Assembly: GCF_030684315.1 (NCBI RefSeq)
Contig: NC_081361.1
Location: forward strand, 54,667,553 to 54,731,552
DNA: 64,000 nucleotides
From: Stegostoma tigrinum
Lineage: Eukaryota
Direction of reading: 5' to 3'
Below are positions 11,715 to 25,779 of the stretch, one piece after another; position 1 is the stretch's first letter, and each line of letters begins with the position of its first letter. The notes beneath the pieces are model-generated. The model made no database searches and was not told the DNA's origin. It worked only from the letters and a program-made list of their open reading frames with translations. The position numbers were made by a program, and so were the translations under genes.

Positions 11715-12617
11715 GTAAGAGTTGACCAGCGGGTCAGCGGCATGAATGTGAAGACAGAAGCCGGCGGGAGGTTTGCTATTGGCGGAGGGAAGTTTGGCCG
11801 GGCTGGGCCTGGGCCTGGGCCTAGGCCTAGGCGGGCGGCGGGCCTCACGCTGCAGCATGACTCTCAGTCAGTGTGTAACAACAGCACCAGTATACAGCTG
11901 CACAACTCCCTACATACAGCCTCACCTTCAACTGGCATTTCCTCCCTGTCGCATTTAGGGCCTTGTGAAAGCTTCAGCAGCGAAAATATCTTCAGGTTCC
12001 CTGCGCTTTGAATATTAAACAGTTATCTATTTTCACTGATGTACAGGAGATGTGAAACTTGGTTTCGTGTTTTAGGTTTTTTAAAAATTCTGTCTGCTTT
12101 ACGTCAGATTCACAAATACAAGAAACACCCCGTTCACCCAGTTCTGGTTTGGAAGGACTTGGGACCCTGTCATTCTGTTTCTCCCCCCACAGATGCTGCC
12201 TGACCTGTTGAGTTTCTCGAGCATTTGTGTTCATTTCCGATTTAAAATATCCACAGCACTTTGCTTTTCTAATCTGTGCTGGTGTTTTATGTTTCTCACA
12301 AACCTGCTATTCTTGATCACTATAGCAGGGTAATCTTCAACTTCCGTCTTTTTCACATTCGTCATGTCCTGTAAATGTGTCTATACGAATCATACATAGC
12401 ACACAAAAATATTGTCACTGTGTGCGTTGTTCGTCGCAGTAACTCAGCTAGTCCCACGTTGTCACTCTTCCACTACTGGACAATGTGTCGTTTGATCAGT
12501 TAAAATTATCTTTGCTTTTAGGAGATTTGAGGTGTGTTAATTTCTTTTACCCACATTTATTTTGTATCTTATTTTGCATTGTATGTAAATCAGGTATAAA
12601 CTATAATACAATCAACA

Positions 12618-12758
12618 AAGATGATGGGAACTGCAGATGCTGGAGAACCCAAGATAACAAAGCTCTGATGAAGGGTCTAGGCCCGAAACGTCAGCTTTTG
12701 TGCTCCTGAGATGCTGCTTGGCCTGCTGTGTTCATCCAGCTTCACACTTTGTTATCTC
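12618..12758. mobile_element. PLE-derived inverted element in MAGOH intron 1
   Basis: gatgggaactgcagatgctggagaacccaagataacaaag joined to a hammerhead-bearing plus-strand arm. Confidence 0.85.
12659..12698 (+). ncRNA. Hammerhead ribozyme-like motif with 6-bp helix I, sense to MAGOH pre-mRNA
   Basis: AAAGCU-CUGAUGA-A-GGGU(CUAG)GCCC-GAAA-CG-UC-AGCUUU; predicted cleavage after C12692. Confidence 0.65.
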
Positions 12759-13836
12759 TAACAATAGTAAAGTTTGTTTGGTGATACACTGGCAAAAGAA
12801 AATGAGGTATTTCTCACAGTGTCTGGTAGTTCATTGCCTTGCTAATTCTAATCAGCTGGATAACTGGATTGGAATCAAATTGATCTAGTATTTGAAGGCT
12901 TTACAAAGATTTAGTTTTTTGCGGCAATAGCATGGGTAAGTGCTGGACATTAGAATTTGTGGCAGTAGAGTCTTATTGACTCAATTTTTCATTTTACGTA
13001 ATGGTGTACTATGTTGCTTCCCATCAGATCATTAAGGCAGTGAGCTGCCATACTTTGCAAATGAGGAATTCCTAAACTCTGAATTTTCTGCCCAGAGTTT
13101 GAGCTAAAAGCAAATAGATCAACAAGATCTATTCTTTCCCCATTATCTCTATTTTTAAATTATAATTTTGATATGTCTGAAGGAGACATGGCAGGTTTGT
13201 CTGACAATGTGACTTCCTTTTTTGGGTGAGTTACCAATCAGATAGCAAATTTGTACACATCTTCAATATCCTTGAGTTAGTGAGAATAGAAAATTCTGTA
13301 CATTCATATCATTATATTACCACAGTTAATAGCACTCAGCTACCTTTGCAGATAAGTGCCCTTCTGTACATGTTTGATTATAATTAGTCTTGACTTTAAT
13401 GACACCATGGTAAAATAGTTTGCTGCCATTCATGTTTAGACCTGCATGCGAAAGATGGATGAGCAGCAAGAGAGCATTTCACCAAACATGATTGTGTTTG
13501 AGACAAGAATGGAATAAATATGGTGGGAGAATGGATTGGAATCTCGCTAATTTGTTGCTTTCAAAGTTGAATGTGTCAACATGTTTCACTTTCCTACTGA
13601 AGAAACTGTGCTTCAAGTTTCACTTTACAAAACTAACCTATTATTCATGCAGCATTGCCTAGCAGCAGAACCTGAATTTTTATCATTAGCCTAGAGATGT
13701 ATTGCTGCCTTAATTGCCACGGCTGAGGGTGATCAGAGAAAGAAGATCTATGACATTAATGAATTAATTCATATTTGATGCTATTTTTTAATGCCTTAAG
13801 TCAATCGTACAAATCCTACTTGTTTTCATTTGACAG

Positions 13837-13895
13837 GTAAACTTAGATATGCAAACAACAGCAATTACAAAAATGATGTAATGATTCGGAAGGAG
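13837..13895 (+). CDS. MAGOH: MAGOH exon 2
   Basis: tgacAG|...[19 protein letters not shown]|GTAAGC. Confidence 0.97.
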
Positions 13896-14093
13896 GTAAG
13901 CATGCTTCAACATTTTGAATTAGAGAATGTGATATTAAATGTTTAGTTCAAAATGGCTGTCATTTATCAATAAAATACCTTCTGTTCTGAAATTGGATTT
14001 ACTTTAAACTTGACAAAAGCTTTTTGTTTTGTAATTTATGCAGTTTTACATTATTCTGTGAAATGCAGTTAGTCACTTCATCATTTGTTATAG

Positions 14094-14204
14094 GCATATG
14101 TACATAGAAGTGTCATGGAAGAACTGAAACGAATCATAGAAGACAGCGAAATCACAAAGGAAGATGATGCTTTGTGGCCCCCACCTGACCGTGTTGGACG
14201 ACAG
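14094..14204 (+). CDS. MAGOH: MAGOH exon 3
   Basis: atAG|[37 protein letters not shown]|GT. Confidence 0.97.
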
Positions 14205-14696
14205 GTCTGGTTTTTAACTGTTTAGTTCTCAAACTCAAAAGAATCAGAGAATATAGTTGCAATAAAACATGCACTGTGCGACAACAGGTTTTGACCTCAC
14301 CAGCAGCTATGATGCTGGAAGAATTCTTTCACCTCTATTTGAATAGAAGGTCTTTTACACCTGCCTGATACAGACATAGATTCTCAGTTTAGTGTCTGAA
14401 ATGTCAGTCCAGATGCTTACGTTTCTAGCATGCACTTGTTTTTTAAGATTTTTTGACCTGAAACCAGGAGTACCAACACCTATGTCCTGCATTAGCAGTT
14501 ATCAAAGTACAGTAATATAGGTTATTGAATGATTAATCATAATGGATGCAACACAGTTTTTTTCCGAAAAAACCTGCAATCAATCATGAGTTAGCAGAAC
14601 GCTGTGTTTTAAGAAATGTGTATTTTGTGCTGTGTACTTGACTGTGATACCTACTTACACATGCAAATAATCGCTTTCATATTTTGTTTATAACAG

Positions 14697-14779
14697 GAGC
14701 TGGAAATTGTAATAGGAGATGAACACATCTCATTTACAACATCTAAGATTGGGTCTCTAATTGACGTAAATCAATCCAA
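14697..14779 (+). CDS. MAGOH: MAGOH exon 4
   Basis: taacAG|[28 protein letters not shown]|GTAAGT. Confidence 0.97.
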
Positions 14780-14839
14780 GTAAGTATAACTTTGGTAAAT
14801 GTGGAAAATCTACAATGAAAACTCAGCTGTGGAAGTACA

Positions 14840-15880
14840 AGAATGTGAGAAAGGAATAGGAGTGGGTCATTTGGCCCCTCAGGGCCACTTCTGATGTTTA
14901 ATAAGATCATGGCTGATCTCATAATGACCTGGCGACAACAACCTTGATGGTGATTGTGTGGAGTTAGCACATTCTCCCATTGTCCGCGAATGTCACCACT
15001 GGGTGCTCTTGTTCCTTCCCACGGGCCAAAGATGTACAGGTTTGGTGGATTGGACATGAAGAGTTACTGTATAGTGTCTAGGGATCTGCGGGCTAGGTAG
15101 ATTAGCGAAGGAAAATGCAGGGTTATGAAGATAAGGTGCGGTCTGAGTCTGTATGGGATGCTGTTCGAAGGGTTGGTGGAGACCCTTTTTCCACATTGTA
15201 GGGTTTCAATGATTCCATGATCCTGTAATTCATATCTCACATGAATGCCTACCCATGGCAACCTTTCAACCCCTTGCTTATGAAGGAGCCATTTGCCCTG
15301 CTTCACCATTTTCAAAATCTCTGCTTCCACTGCCTTTTGAGGAAGTGTTCCAAGAACATTTGACCCTCTGCAGGCAAAAAGATTCTCCTTGTTTCTGAAA
15401 GGGGCAACACTTTTAAACAGTGACTCCTAGTTCTAAACTCTCCAGTAAAGAGAATCGTCTTTTCCTGACTGTCCTGTCAAGAGCCCTCGAGCTTCTGTTT
15501 CAATTGAGCCACTAGATATTCTTCTAAAATCTGATGAATACAAGCCTAGTTTGCCCAATGTCTGCTCATAATAGAGCTTGCCCATTCCAGGTACTTGTGT
15601 AAGCCTTCTCCAAACTGCTTCCAGTGAATTCACTTGCTACCTTCAATACCAAAACTGGTACAGTATCGCATATTCCAGATGTGGTCTCATCAACGTTGTG
15701 TATACCTGAAGCATAACCATTCTACTTTTGTACTCACTTGCCCTTCTCTGTCATCAATTTCCCGTTTGCTATCCAATCTTCTGCCCATGCCAATATGTTA
15801 CCTTCTCCACCATGGGATTTTATTATTTTACAATAATCTTTAATGATGCACCTTATCAAAAACTTCCTTGAATCGAAGTG
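14840..15880 (-). mobile_element. CR1-type LINE 3' fragment interrupted by a V-SINE (about 14930-15215, +)
   Basis: Minus ORF 15433..15633 LEAVWRRLT...YEQTLGKLGLYSS; insert has tgtgtggagtt...cattctcc...caaagatgtacagg V-domain. Confidence 0.7.
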
Positions 15881-16952
15881 CAATACATGTTACTTCTCCA
15901 GGAACTACTGTAGATGAGTTAAATGCGTGAGTATTAGTATTTGAAATGGGATGCTGGAGAAAGTGGTTGAGACAGGTACTACAAGCACCATTTTTTTAAA
16001 AAAATTGGATAGGCATATGATGAGAGAGTTTGGAGGGAAATAGACCAAATGTGGGTAGTTGGAACTAGCTGAGTAGGCACTATGGTCAATATGGACCAGT
16101 TTGAGCTAAAGGGGCTGTTTCCATGCTGTATCACTCTATTACTGAGTGATTTCCTCTTTCACAAAACTAAATGTCATCAGAAGCTTGATATAATGTTCAG
16201 TTGAAGTTTATGATCCCAGCTGATATTACAGTTATTCAAGTCATTTCCAGAATGAATTCAGGTTTTATAAAACATACCTTTTTTCTTTATTTTAAGGTGG
16301 CAGTCTTTCACTGAAACCTAAACACAAGGCTGTAGATTTAGTTTTAATGGAAAACAAGTTCAGTACACGAGAAATTTTTTAAAAGCCGCCTTCATTAACA
16401 TGGATCAATACGAACTTGAAGGATTTCAAAACACTTTGTAAAATATGGTCCCATCTACTCCTCAACACCATTAATTTCCAGTTAGGCAGAACATTTTCTT
16501 TCCTGGCCCAAACTACCTTTGCTTCCTCAGTTCTGATCTGAGCTGTCTCGACTTATGTATCTGAGATCTTTAGCCTGAAGCAACTTGCTCTCTTAACTAC
16601 TCTGAACAAACTTATTCCAGGGCAGAGTATTCTTGCATTATAACTCTCAGATTCAGGATTATGATGGACAAACTTGGGCCTCCATTCAAAGTCTAAACTG
16701 GGGAAAGGGTGATTTTAATAGGTTCAGATACAATTTGGCCAGAGTGGACTGGGAGCCAATACATTTATGTAAATCTGTGTCACAGCAGTGAGACACCTTG
16801 AAGAAGGAAGGAAATGGGATTAGAATAGTTATGTGGATATTTTTGAATTATGCATATTCAAAGGGCCTTCCCCTGTCCTGTAGACCTCTAGGACTGTCTG
16901 GCCTCAGTAAGGTCTCTTTTAAAATGAATTCAGGAGTTATTAGTTAATTATA

Positions 16953-17250
16953 AGGGTGGATCAGTGGTTAGCACTGCTGCTTCACAGCGCGAGGAACCCG
17001 GGCTCGATTCAACCCTCTGGCGACCACCTGTGTGGAGTTTGTACATTCTCTCCGTGACTGTATGGGTTTCCTCTGGGTGCTCTGGTTTCCTCCCACAGTC
17101 CAAAGATGTGCAGGCTCTGTGGACTGTCCACGCTAAATTGTCCGTCGTGTTCAGGGATGTGAGATTGAGGGATGGATCTGGGTGGCATGCTGTGAGGGTT
17201 AGTGTGGACTTGTTGAGCTGAAAGGCCTGTTTCCACACTAGGGATTCTGT
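16953..17250 (+). mobile_element. tRNA-derived V-SINE (HE1-like)
   Basis: A/B boxes (tcagtggttagcactgctgc...gggctcgattc) then V-domain tgtgtggagtttgtacattctc...ggtttcctcccacagtccaaagatgtgcagg and CR1-like tail. Confidence 0.85.
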
Positions 17251-17444
17251 GATCTATTTTAAATAGTTGCTGATTCTGGCTTCTGCTCAGCTGATGGTTT
17301 AAAAAGAATTTTTGTCTTCTGTCACTGAACTCCTGCAATATAAGTTTACTTCACAGTAATTTTCCAAAAGGATTGTAGATATCTGCTGTCTGACATACTG
17401 GTTTAAAAGTCATGATTCTAAAATACTGGTTTGGATAATTATGA

Positions 17445-18520
17445 TCATAGAGATATACAGCACAGAAATAGATGCTCCAGTCCAGCTCGTCCATGCCAAC
17501 CAGATGACCTAAATAAACCTAGTCCTTCTTGCCAGCATTTAGCCCATATCCCTCTTAAACCCTTCCTATTCATATACCTAACCAGATGCCTTTTAACTGT
17601 TGTAATTGTACTAGCCTCCACCAGTTCCTCTGGTAACTCATTCCATACATACACCACCTTCTGTGTGGAAAAAGTTGCCCCTTAGGTCTCTTTTAAATCT
17701 TTCCCCTCTCACCTTTAACCTATGCCATCGAGTTTGGGACTCCCCGACTCCAGGGAAAAGACATTGTCTGTTTACCCTATCCGTGCCAAAATGGCCCCAG
17801 TCGATTCAGCCTCTCTCTTTGCTCAAACACTCGCACAGTATTCCAAAAGTGGCCTAACCAATGTCCTGTATAGCCACATGTCCTCCGTGCTCCTATACTC
17901 AATGCACTGACCAGTAAAGGTAAGTGTACCAAACACCACCTTCACTATCCTTCCTGCCCGGGACTCTGCTTTCAAGGAACTATGAAGCTGCACCCTAAGG
18001 TCTTTCTTTTGTTCAGTGACACTCCCCAGGACCTTACCATTAAGTGTATAAATCCTGCATGATTTCCTTTGCAAAATGCAGAACCTCACATTTATATAAG
18101 TTAATTTTCATCTGCCACTCCTTGGCCCATCTGATCAAGATCCCTTTGTGCATTGAAGTAACCTTCTTTGTTATCCACAACACTTCCAATTTTGGTGTCA
18201 TCTGCAAACTTACTAACCCATACCTCTTATGTTTACATCCAAATCACTTTTATGTAAACGATGAAAAGCTGTGTCCCCAGCACTGATCCTTGTGGCACAC
18301 CGCTCAAGACACTTTTCCAGTGTGAAAAGCAACCACGCACCTGTCTTCAACCCTCTGTCTTCTACCTTCGAGTTAATTTAATTTCTAAACAGCTAGTTGT
18401 CCCTTTATTCCACATGATCTAACTTTGCTAACCAGTCGACCATGAGGAACCTTGTCAAATCTTACTGGAGTCCACAGAGATCACATTTACAGCTCTGCCC
18501 TTATCAGTCCTAAGTGTTAC
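17445..18520 (-). mobile_element. CR1-type LINE 3' portion
   Basis: Minus ORFs YTLNGKVLGSVTEQKKDL...LYRTLVRPLLEYC and VWNELPEELVEASTITT. Confidence 0.85.
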
Positions 18521-19052
18521 TACTTCAAAAAAATTCTTCTGCAAGAATTACTAAGAGTTGGCATCTAAACTCCTTTTAAAAAAAATACATAGTACATCAC
18601 TATCATCACGGGTCAAATTAGTATTTTGTACAAGTTTTTGTACTTTGCCACTAATTAACAAAGTCAAGGATGTTGTGTGTTAGTGTTCTCAATGTGTCTT
18701 ACTGCCTTTAATGAGTTATGTACATAGATACACAGGTCCTTCTGCTCCTGCACTCATTTTACAATTATTCTCTCTATATTCTGCTCTACCAAAATGAATC
18801 ATTATACTGTGTACTAGATTTCATCTGCCTTTGTTCATCTATTCCACCAGTTTGTCTATGTTCTTTTGAAGTTCCACACTATCCTCCTCTCAATTCATAG
18901 GTGTTGATTCCACTGCCCCTCATGCAATGAAAACATCCCTTCACTTCAAGCTCATACCCAGGCTCTGCAAATAGAAATTCAGCTAATGTGTTTTAAACTA
19001 CAGTAATTTATATTGTACTACATATAAATGGTAAAATATTGTTTACTTTTAG

Positions 19053-19152
19053 GGATCCAGAGGGTCTGCGAGTTTTCTACTATCTGGTCCAGGATTTGAA
19101 ATGTCTAGTTTTCAGTCTTATTGGGCTACACTTCAAGATCAAGCCGATCTAA
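19053..19152 (+). CDS. MAGOH: MAGOH exon 5 (terminal coding exon)
   Basis: ttttAG|[32 protein letters not shown]; spliced CDS 441 nt = 146 aa. Confidence 0.97.
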
Positions 19153-19338
19153 GAGTTTGCTTTCCACACAAAGCTGATGGATTTGGCTATGGACTGGAGT
19201 GATAGAGACCCAATGAATTGAAGTGGACTAACTATGTGCTACAGCAGCTAACTTTATCTTACGTGGATTTGGTAATTTTTTTATGTGAATATATAAACAA
19301 CCCCATCTTGTTTACAAAGTAGTTGATTTCTTTTTTTA

Positions 19339-19344
19339 AATAAA
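19339..19344 (+). terminator. Candidate MAGOH polyadenylation signal
   Basis: First AATAAA after the stop, followed by GT-rich sequence. Confidence 0.55.
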
Positions 19345-20919
19345 TGATATTGAAATGAATGTGTGGTTTATTGACTGAAGTTTCTCTTAAATATTTGACA
19401 AAGATAATGGATGGTGTTGCCATTTGATTCTTTGTCACAAGATAATCTTCAGGTTATCAATTAAACAAAGTATAGGTATAAAGTGAGTTTTCAACTATAA
19501 AATAAGACATGGAAGAAACACTCGCATTTACTATGCTGAGCTACAAATATTTTGTTATATATGGAAAGCAAATTTCTGGTTTTAAATGTCTATATATGTA
19601 ACATTGGTTTTATAGTAGGAAACTAGTAAAATAATTAAATCTTTGATACAGTTTCAACAACAGACAATCAGCAGACTTTATTTAAAAAAAACTGCTTCCA
19701 ATTGTTAAAAATGAATAGTTTTCATCTTTGGAGCTTCAGTACTGAAAGGACTTAAACTGCAGTGACAAAGGAATATCACTTCTAGTGCAACAGTGCACAT
19801 GATAGCAATGAATGCAGTCTTTGCCAAGATAACGACTGGGTTATCTACCAGTGTCTTTATTATGGTGAGAAAAATTAACATTTATTTTTTGTTCTGTACC
19901 CAGTATTTTGGCATTTATTAATTTATCCTGCCCTTTTTGACTAGAGTACAGGTGTCATCCAAGATTGCTTTACATCAATGAAGAAAGATGAAGTGATTTT
20001 ATTGGGTTCATAGCACTGAACACGACTTATGTTTGGCAGCCATGGCTGTGAAATGCATGTCATTGAGTGAATAATGGTAGACTGCATGTAATGTAAGCAG
20101 TCATGAAGAATCCTTAATCTGGGGTGCATTTTGCAGAGGAGGTGAATTACACCCTACTGTTTAATAGTCTGATGGTTGAAAGTAATTCTTGCAGTAGCTG
20201 AATGTTGAATTGCTGCAGGAGCTTTAGACCTATGGAAATATGAAATAATTGATTCATATTCTTGTCATTGTGCACACATTTTCCCATAATGTCAGAGCTG
20301 TGCAGACAAATGCAACTTCCAAGTATTCAAGAAACTGATTTTTCTATTTAGTAAGCTCATGATTTTGAACAGTACTTTGTGTGAAATTTGTTATGTTTCT
20401 AACAAACAACTTATGCCCATGTTCTAAGCTTAGTAAAAATAATTGCTAGATTAATATTCTGGCAATGCATCTGGACAGGTATATAAATGGGAATGGTTGA
20501 GGGGTATCAGCCACATGGTACTAGATTAGTTTAGAATATCTGGGTGGCAGGGACAAGTTAGACTGATGGGTCTGTTTCCATGCTCTACGTCTGTATGACT
20601 GCCCTTTCTGCGGTGCTGTGCAGTGTGTTGGTACATTGTGGGAGTGATTTTAAAAATATCATCTTCTCTTTGCAATTTTCCTGATCTTCGGGTACGGCAC
20701 AGGTCAAAGGACCTCCTGTGCCTGCTCCTTCCTTACCTAAAAGATCCATTAGCAGGAGAGGGTTGCCATAATTGCCTACTTTGTGCCTCTCTCTAGCAAA
20801 TTATGTCCATACCTGGTGTCCTGAAAGGCAGCAGGCTGCATCCCCTGCTTACCCTTGCAGCATTTTGAGGTAGGTTGGCAGCACAACGGCTGGAGTGCAT
20901 AGCACATCCCTGCTTTGAT

Positions 20920-23200
20920 ATTCAGGTCCTCTCAAAATAAATGCCAAAGTTGAATTTGCCTTCTTAACTATTGACTCAACCTGCAACCTTTAGAGAATCC
21001 TGGGCTAAAACTCCCAAGTCTCTTTGCACTTCAGACTTATGAATTTTCTCCCCATTTAGAGAATAGTCCATGCTTCTATTCCTCTTACCAAAGTGCATGA
21101 CCTCACGCTTTCCCACATTGTACTCCATCTGCCACTTCTTTGCTAACTCTCCTAACCTGTCCAAATCCTTTTTGCAGCCTCTCCACATCCTCAATACCAC
21201 TTGTCCCTCTATCTATCTTTGTATTGTCTGTAAACTTAGCCAGAATGCCCTCAGTTCCTTCATCTAGATCATTAATGCAGAAAGCAAAAAGTTGTGGTCC
21301 CGGCACTGATGTTTGTGGAACACCACTTGTCACCAGCTGCTACGCTGGGTAAGACCCTTTTATCCCCATTCTCTGACTGGCTGTCTGCCAGACAATCTCC
21401 TGTCCATGCTAGCACCTTGCCTCTAACACGATGGGCCCTTATCTACTCAGCAGCCTCCTGTGTGGCATCTCAAGGGCCGCCTTGTAGTCCAGGTTGATGA
21501 CATCCATTGGCTCTCCTTGGTCTCACCTGCTTGTTGCTTCCTCAAAAGAATTATAACCAATTTATCAGGCATGACCTCCTTTTGCTGACTTTACCCTATT
21601 TTACCACTCACTTCCAAGTATTCAGAAATCTCATCCTTCACAGTGAACTCTGAAATCTTACCCACGAACAAAGTTAGGCTAATTGGCCTGTAATTTTGTC
21701 TTTTGCCTTACTCCCTTTTTAAAATGGGGGTATCACTTTAATGATTTTCCAGTTCTCTGGGACACTCCCTTACTTTAGCAATTTCTAAAAGATCACCACG
21801 AATGCCTCCACTATCTCTTCAGCTATCTCCTTTAGAACTCTGGAGGTGTAGTCCATCTGGCCTAGGTTATTTATCTACCTTCAGGTCATTCAGTTTTTCT
21901 AGCACCTTCTTTGTGATGGCCACCATACCCAGTGCTCTGTCCCCTGACTTGAATTTTTGGGATATTACTCATGTCTTACACTGTGAAGATTGACGCAAAA
22001 TAATTATTCAGTTCCTCAGCCATTTCCTTGTTCCCTGTTACTGTCTCTCCATGCTCATTTTCCAGTGGTCCAATGTCCACGTTTGCCTCTCTCTTGCCTT
22101 TTATATAGCCAAAGTAACTCAGTCCTTTATATTACTGGCTAACTTACCCTCCTATTTAATCGTCTTCCTCCTTATTTCTTTTAAAAGCTTCCCAATCCCT
22201 TGGCTCCCCACTGCCCTTTGCCACATTGTATGCTTTCTCTGACTTCCCTAGTCAGCCATGGTTGCCTCATCCTCCCTGTAACATGCTTCTTTTTCCTAGG
22301 AATGCATTTTAACTGTGTCTCCTGAATTATTCCCAGAATCTCCTGCCATTGCTGTTCCACTGTCTTTCCTGCTAGGCTCCTTTCCCAGTCAATTCTGCCC
22401 AGTTCCTCCCTCATGCATCTGTGGTTGCCTATATTCAGTGGTAATAGAATCTGAGGTAATTGTGTCTTCTCCCTCTCAAATTGCAGTCTAATTCATTCAT
22501 ATGATCACTGCCTCCAAAGGGTTCCTTCACTTTAACTCCCTCATCAAGTCGGCCTCATTGCACAAATCCAGTATTGTCTGTTCCCTCATGGGCTCCACCA
22601 CAAGCTGCTCCGAAAGGCCATCTTGTAGACATTCCACAAATTCATTTTCTTGCAATCCACTACCAACCTGATTTTCCCAGTCCACCTGCATATTGAAATC
22701 CCCCATGGTCACCGTAACTTTGCCTTTGTTACATACATCTTGTGCCCCTGCTCCTGACTAAGTTTGGAGGTCTGTATGTAACACCAACTATGTTTTTTTT
22801 AACCTCTGTGGTTCCTCAACTGTACCCACAGATTCTACACCATCTGACTACTTCATTTCTTTCTTTAATTTTATTTCCTACTAATAAGGCAACCCTATTC
22901 CCTTTGCCCACTTGCCTGTCTTTTTGATAGGAATGTATATACTTGGATATTCAGCTCCCAGTCCTGATGTCCTTGCAGCCATGTCTCCATGATGCCCACC
23001 ATGTCGTATCTGCCAATTTCAATCTGTGCCACAAGCTTACTTACCTTATTCCTTATGGGTGCATTCAGATGTATCACCTTCAGTCCTGTATTAACCTGTA
23101 TGTTCTCGTTTTCACTCGTTTCTCCGGTGTGCTTGAAGTTTGGTTTCTAACCTTCTCCAAACATGCTGTCCGTGCTGGAGGCTTTAAGAACTTTTCCAGC
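20920..23200 (-). mobile_element. Long decayed CR1-type LINE ORF2 (APE endonuclease to RT)
   Basis: Minus ORFs: LNA..IRNKV..LVAQIEIGRYDMVGIMETWLQ, MGDFNMQVDW (APE); SGVPQTSVPGPQLF...INDLDEGTEGILAKFTDNTK (RT). Confidence 0.9.
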
Positions 23201-24229
23201 ATTCTCCTCCTGTCATTTATTTCATACTTTTCCAAGTGGAATTTACCCCTATGGATGTTAACCTGCTGCTTTATTCCTGACAGGGGTGGGGGCAGGGGCA
23301 AGTTTTACTCTTCCCTTTCCCCACCCCTGCCACTTGTCTTCACTCAAACTCAGACGGTGTCTTGCTGAAGTTCTTCTGGTGGGTTGTGGGGACTGCACCA
23401 ATGCAAATTTTCACCCCAACTGCCAATCAGCATCATCACTGCTTTCTGCTGAAACTCAGTCACTGCCTTGCACTCAGTACCTCCTACAGAGACTGCCAGG
23501 ACCAGATCATATCTCACTTTCAGCCTATTCCCACCTCTCAGGCACCAACATACCTGACCCCTGCCTCAGCTGCTTTTGTGCACCTTCATTCCCACAACCC
23601 TCAGTACCTTTCACCTAACAGAATCAAAAAGAAAATCTTGGGATATCAGTTCCATCCACCAAACCTGTTTTCCAGTGTGAAGGTGAAAGAGCTCTTAAAG
23701 GAGCCAGTATCCCATCACCATTATGTACACATAGAACATTCCTGACACTAACCCAGGTCCCTTAGAGTGAGTAGGATGTCTAATTCTCCAGTTTATATCT
23801 GTTAGCCAAGGCTCCCTGATTGGATTAGATTACCAGCCCAATCAGGGAACTCATATTCTGTGATGTCCAGCTGACTGACCTCATTACAATCACTATAGAA
23901 GGACTTGCAAATTTCCTCAACCGTATGTTTATGAGCAACTACTTCCTAAACATCACCCCTCCCTCCCCTGCATGGCCTGCCCCCTGCCCCTATAATTACT
24001 TCCCCCTCCATGAATTCATCCTGTTCTCTTTTGCATGTGATTGTCACATCTTCTGGCAGCACATTCTAGACAGCAACAAATTTCTGCAACAAATCACACT
24101 TTTCCACATATAGCTGCTACTCCTTTTGCCAATCACCTTACATCCGTGTTCTCCTGATTGCTTCTGCCACCGGTAATTACTTGCTCAATCAAAAAAAAAC
24201 TTTCCCATAAATCTGCTTAACATTTTTGG

Positions 24230-25335
24230 TTCTGTTTAAATGCAGAGAGACTGCAGTACACTGTGCTATGAAGGGATCTGGGCATCCTCCTACGCATGAA
24301 CCGCAAATGGTTTATACACCTGGTACAGCAACTAACTAGGAAGGCAAATGGAATTTCAGCCTTTATTACAAGATGTATAGGGCATTGAAGAAACCACATG
24401 CAGAATGTCGCGTACAGGTCTTGGTCACTTGAGAAGAATTGGACTGCAGTGGAGGCACTTCATAGAAACTTTATTGGTATGATTCCTAAGATGAAAAATT
24501 TCTGTCTTATGAGGAAAGTTCAAGCAGGTTAGGTCTGTACAAATTGGAGTGCAGAAGCATGTGAAGTGATCTTAATGAAACACGAGTGATTATGCGGGCA
24601 CCTGGCAGGGTAGATGCTGAGAGGGTGTTTCCTTGTACGTGGGAGTCTAAGTTTTGGTAGCACAGTTTAAAAGTAAGGAGTGTTCAGCTGAATATGGAGA
24701 TGAGGAGGAATAACTTCTCTCCTAGGGTGTTGAATGTTTGGAATTCTCTTCCACAGAGAGTAGTGGAGGCCCGATCACAGTATATATTTGAGCTGAGTGG
24801 GGCAGATTTTAGATAAATGAGGGAGGGCTTGCCCGGCTACATGAAGGATGTTATTAAACTGGAAAGAATGCAGAAAAGATTTGCCAGCATGTTGCCGGGA
24901 ATGGAGGGTTTGAGTTATAAGGACAGGCTGCGATCTTTTTCACTGGAACATCAGAGACTGAAGGGTGACCTTATAGAGGTTTATAAAATTATGATGGTTA
25001 CAGATAAGGTGTATAGCTAAGGTTTATCCCCAGGGTAAGAGAGTCAAAAACAATGGGCATAATTTTAAGGTGAGAGGAGAAAGATTTAAAAGGGACCCAA
25101 AGGATAACTTTTTTTCAGAGAGGGTCGTATGTAGAATGAACTGCCAGAGGAAGTGGTGGATGCAGGTACTGTTACAATATTTAAAAGAGGTTTGGATAGG
25201 GATATGAATAGGAATGTTTTAAAGGGATATGGGCCAAACGCAGGCAAATGGGACTAGTTTAGTTTTGGGAAACCAGGTTGGTATGGACGAGTTGGACCGA
25301 AGGGTTTGTTTCCGTGCTGTGACTCTATGACTCTA
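24230..25335 (+). mobile_element. Two adjacent CR1-type LINE 3' fragments
   Basis: ORF 24817..25020 KDVIKLERMQKRFASMLPGMEGLSYKDRL...GDLIEVYKIM; ends in a gactctatgactctat tail. Confidence 0.85.
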
Positions 25336-25779
25336 TTTAGTTTCACAGGTTTTATTTTATAAAGAAAGTGCTGAAAATGTGTTAAGGGATATGCAGAAAA
25401 GCAGGGCTTTAAAAACTGCTCAAGGCTAGCAACTTTCTGAATTCAGTCATTCTAAATGAGAGAGAGTAAGTTGCTTCCGAAACCCTTGACATTGATTCTA
25501 TTTATTAGCACTTAAGACATGTTTAATTTTAAAAATTACAGTAGGATTTGGTGAGAGGCAGCAGTCTCATAGGAACATAAACCCGGTACAAATGTGATAC
25601 TTTGGTAAAGAATGCAAGAAGTGTTAGCCCAAAAATGAAGCAGACTTTTTTTGGGAGAAATATTGATCTGGAACTTGTGAATATTGATAGTTTAAAGATA
25701 TTGGAGGGAAAGATCCATGAAAAACATAGCAGAGGGAAGCGAAGTAGGAAATCGATGAGGGATTTAATGGTACACAAAC

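Noticed and set aside
11382-12011. 209-aa ORF overlapping MAGOH exon 1
   Set aside because: Alternative frame across a GC-rich island with no recognisable homology.
16953-17030. tRNA gene
   Set aside because: A/B boxes run straight into a V-SINE body and recur at several loci; these are SINE heads.
23730-23900. Short palindrome tccctgattgg...ccaatcaggga, possible solo-LTR fragment
   Set aside because: No second copy, termini or TSD visible in the window to support a call.
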